Source of the DNA: Harriotta raleighana
Lineage: Eukaryota
Length of the DNA stretch: 64,000 nucleotides
Direction of reading: 5' to 3'
Assembly: GCA_050575255.1 (NCBI GenBank)
Contig: JBNZDD010013718.1
Coordinates: forward strand, 3,848,540-3,912,539
The first letter of the stretch is position 1; every line of letters starts with the position of its first letter. The notes under the pieces were generated by a model. It saw nothing but the letters and a program-made list of their open reading frames with translations. It was not told the origin of the DNA and ran no database searches. Positions 59,963-64,000 of the stretch are shown here, piece after piece. A program made the translations under genes and the position numbers.

Positions 59963-61148
59963 AAGTGGCTTGTATGGATATTTGGAGTCTGTTCTGAGAT
60001 GCACATTGATGTGAAGGTTGGTTTGAACAGCCGCTTCATGAAAAGCTTTATCATGTGCTGTTTCTAACATCTTTATCCCCCCACCCCCCCAACACCCCCA
60101 CCCCTCCAACACCCCCACCCCTTCCGAAACTTTAGCATTCACATATCAAGCAAAGTCCATAATATACTTTGCAGAATCAAGATTTTGCCTTGGTTATAGT
60201 AGGTACAGCAAGCTTGCTTCAAATGCATTGTTTGGAGCAGGGTTAAAGTGGTTTAAAAATGCCATGACCCATATCCATTAAAGTGAATGCCTGAACTTTC
60301 ATCATAACTGCTACATTACAGAGGCATAGACATTAGATAGCTTTGAGTGAGCACCCTTTAACCCTTTCACAAGTGCAGGTCTGTATTTACATCTGAGCAA
60401 ATTATTGTACTGTCCAGACGGCATGACTCAAGATTCATCTTTGAATGGCTATTTTCCACCTTCTCCTCCTCCCCACTCTCCCCCCACCTCTTTGTTTGAA
60501 CAATGCAATTCCATGGCTTAACGCTTGCTGCCACTTTGAAAAAGCTATTCAGTTCAAAATGAAGCAGTCAATAAAGAAAAGCAACATTCAGAGATCACCT
60601 GTGTGATTAGAACCAGCATGCGGAAGAATCAACTCTATTGGAAGTACACAGATCCAGCAACACACAGTATTCTTTCAAAATGTGGGGAAAAAAGCAGCAA
60701 GCAATAAAAGAGACAAACCATAGCAACTGTCCCCCCCCCCACGTACCACTTAATCTGCAAGTTTTCTTCTTCTTAACCAATGCCAACATTTGTTGAAACA
60801 TTACTGACACGAACTACGGAGAATACAGCTCATTGCTGCAATAGTGAGCATAAGTCTCGTGGGCTAGGGTGGCCTTTTACCCTATGGTGACAAGAAGTGC
60901 ACAGCTTTATATAAGTGATTACAGGTAATAATTATTATTATTATCCCGCTGAGCTCAATTTGAACAATCATAGCAATCTACCCTGATTCCTCCAGTCTCC
61001 CAGCTTCGTGTAATCTACACATTTAACTACCTTGACTCAGTCGGTGAATCCAGGTCACTTATGTAAAATGAGAGCGAGAAGGAATCGAGGAACAAAGCCT
61101 AGAAGGCATCCCTCAACACCTCTCCATTTCAGCCTCTTACAAACTTAC

Positions 61149-61185
61149 CCTCCACTTGCTTCATTTACGCTGCTTTTCTTGTTAA
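61149..61185 (-). CDS. Candidate 37-nt microexon (xNKKSSVNEASG in phase 1-2, or LTRKAA* in phase 0)
   Basis: ttttcttgatgtttatctcccaag|TTAACAAGAAAAGCAGCGTAAATGAAGCAAGTGGAGG|gtaagt: good acceptor, consensus donor, purine-rich body, repeat-free flanks. Confidence 0.35.
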
Positions 61186-62584
61186 CTTGGGAGATAAACA
61201 TCAAGAAAATATGCAATTCATCTCAATTCGATTAATGTGCAAACATCTGCTGCAAGTCAAGTTATCAATACGCTGCAATAATTTATTAAAGACAAATTTA
61301 TTCCAAAAGAGTGGATCACAGAGCCTCGTGTACAGATTGCAACCATTCCGCCATCAGATTCACTCACCTAGTTTTTTTTTCCAGTTACTTACACAACCAA
61401 CTTTCCCATGATAGTAAAAAAAATTAGTGAACCATAGAAAAATTGTGCAAACTGACACATGCTTTTGGAATATGTAAACAGTGGAGTTGGGGGAGGGGGG
61501 CTAGGTAAAGGAATGATTCTGGCACATAGCCAACATCTGTTGGCAATCGCACTTAAACATTAACCCTCCCATTGCTGCTTTTCTCTCATTTCTTTCAGTC
61601 ACAGAACATCTGTTGTCAGATTTTAATTAAGCTTTTCAATTAGAAACGTTAAGTGGAAAATACGCTTTTCAGTAGCTGCAGCTTGGAAGCATTCGAATCA
61701 ACACATTGTACAGTGCCATGTTGTGGAAGATATGTTGGAGCTACGATAGAATTTGCCTCGTGTCCACAAGGCTGTGGGTTCAAGCCTTGCCAAGAACTTG
61801 ACACTTGAGTTTGCTGGATTCATAGCTGGCTTCCTCCCTCCCCCGAGCACTGAGCTTTATCTTTTCAGTCAGGTCACTAGGTGTGTGACGAGGCTTGTGA
61901 CTCAAAGCTTCTCACCTTTGGGAAAACTAACACACTGAAGGAATAATACTGGCCAGGCAACTACACATCATCCCCTTCACTCTATGGAGGGATTGCTTAT
62001 TGCAACTATTCCCGCCCCCCACCCCCCCTTCCCCCCCTCCACCAAACACTGCAAAGATCGGATTCTGGACTTGGAAACCTTTAAAAAGGTTAAGAACAAA
62101 GGAATCTGTCTCAAAAGACTGTGGGGCATTTGGTGATCTGTTCATCTGGCCTCCAAGATAGGAAGAGATTGTATAGAAGGGAGCAGAAACTACAGTATTC
62201 GATGGAAAGAGGGAGGGGAAGGAAGGGAGGAAACAGAATAAAAACAATTTTAATTAGAAAACGAGAGGCAAGATGTTAAAAATAAAATTCACTTTTATTC
62301 TGTACCAGTCAGTACAAATGTTGCATAATTTATAAAAGTTTCAGAGGCATTTATTGTGGGATACGTATTTCAGATATATTCTAGCCTTCTAAAAGATCAC
62401 AGAGCGGAAATTATTCTTAAAGCCAAGACAAAAGCATTGTGATTTTGCCCCTTTGTGGAGAGCAATGCAGCTGTCACTTTTGCACATAGGACCACCCAAA
62501 AGTACAATTGTGAATTAAAAACTAAACAGCTCAATCTCTGCCAACTGGACTTCCTGCCTATTTTCTTCCATTACCAGCAACAGC

Positions 62585-62870
62585 ATCAACAAAATTTCAT
62601 GCCTTTCACGTCAGGATAATATCCCAAGGTGCTGGACAGACAGTATTCTGGACCCGAGCTGGGGGTGGGGATAGGCAGAGTGGGGGAGGAAGGAGGTTGA
62701 TGGAAAGCACAATCAAAAGGCCTTGAGCTAGGACTTGAAGGAGGCGAGGGATGGAATGAGGTGGAGGGGCTGAGGAGTGGAGTCTCAGAGAGTGGGAGCA
62801 GAATGATTGAAGGCCTACCCATCGGCAGGTGCGTGTGTGAGTCGGATGACATAGGTCAGGCCAGAACCTG
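62585..62870 (-). mobile_element. L2 3' end
   Basis: CAACAAAATTTCATGCCTTTCACGTCAGGATAATATCCCAAGGTGCTGGACAG, then the reverse complement of the L2 C-rich UTR and ORF2 end. Confidence 0.8.
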
Positions 62871-64000
62871 CTGAGAATGTAATGGTGGAATCATAAGATA
62901 TTTGCAGATGTGCTATTTTTGGGAAAAAAAATGTTTTACTATGAAATCCAAAGTTATATATATTGACTAAAATCGAATTCAATGGAGGACATGATTCCAG
63001 TTTATAATTGATGACTACAGCTTTTCTAGCTGGTCTCCTGTTTATTGTGTAACAACCTAAGTCAGCCTATTCATTGACCCAACAAGGGAAGGGAAACGTC
63101 ATTAATGGTCAAAGATAAACTAACTCAAATTGAAAGTGAACTTACCACTCTCAATATCACCATCTGAAAAATTGTGTCCACGATCTCAAGGAGTTAGTTT
63201 CTAAGCATATGGTTTCTTTAATATAATGGCAACATAGATATTTAATTACTTGAATGGCCATATAGGTTAGATTGACAACATTTCATTCATGTACCTTATT
63301 TAAAGGAGATGTGTTATATCAATTTGTTTGTGGAGGCATTTTTTCTATTACCATCAACCTACAGCACAAAAACACATCTAAATGCATTTTTACCATGCCT
63401 GTACCTGTATGTAAAATAAATTGAGCAATCTTAATATAATTCTTAGCAGCAAGGAATAAACATAAAGCTAGCCTTAATCTAGAAGCGAAACCACACACAA
63501 ATCACACACCAGGATTACTGGTGTATTCAATGGAATGCAGTGCGTCATGTTGGTGCAATGGGCAGGAGCATGTGTTCTTCTGGTGTAGATCTGAGAACCA
63601 TTTTTGGACAGAACGTTGCACTGAATCCAGTAATGCTAAACTTGGAATGCTTGATATTGTTTTAACAAAATAGTTCCATTCCCAACATCCTCATCTCGTT
63701 GAGCACAACTTTCACAAAGGGTAAAAAAAAACATACAAAACTACAATACAAGGAGCCCTTTAAATTGACATTATTTTCACAGATCCTATTTAAAATGTCT
63801 TTGCAGTTTGCAAAGTACCAGCAATCAGATCAGTAAGACCATAGTCAAAAAAAGAGATGAAAATCAATGAAAGCACCAAACCAATATTTGCATATTGATC
63901 AAAGATGAAGCCAGAGGTTATACTACCTCTAGTTCCCTATATCAAAGGTCAATCAACCATCACCATCCAAATCATATAGCAGCAGATTGAATGGAATTAC

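Noticed and set aside
1-64000. ORF-track proteins as real genes
   Set aside because: All are 157 aa or shorter with no recognisable domain. Those with any signal (e.g. 16527-16796, 15185-15409, 21747-22471, 7831-8127) are LINE/SINE remnants or their antisense frames.

Overview
AT-rich, CpG-depleted, gene-poor vertebrate genomic DNA with no long ORF. The repeats are tRNA-headed Deu-domain SINEs sharing a 3' tail with L2 LINEs, CR1 3' ends, and LF-SINE-like and AmnSINE2-like relics. This set points to a cartilaginous fish, probably a holocephalan; that is inferred from recalled repeat consensi, not from a search. Most of the window is intergenic or intronic DNA with decayed L2/CR1/SINE fragments and two copies of a ~630 bp TA-flanked Tc1/mariner-pogo-type MITE (12469-13092, 59007-59637). 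The best gene evidence is the 3' end of an unidentified minus-strand gene: two tandem acceptor exons at 46213 and 45603 that could give alternative C-termini, a probable long 3'UTR toward ~41.7 kb, and candidate small upstream exons at 51.5 kb and 61.2 kb. Other notable items are an LF-SINE-like element next to an enhancer-like block, a perfect 38-bp inverted repeat spanning ~555 bp, several hairpins, and three single-N scaffold joins showing haplotype duplication or chimerism. The supplied ORFs are essentially all spurious or repeat-derived. I found no convincing new biological system.
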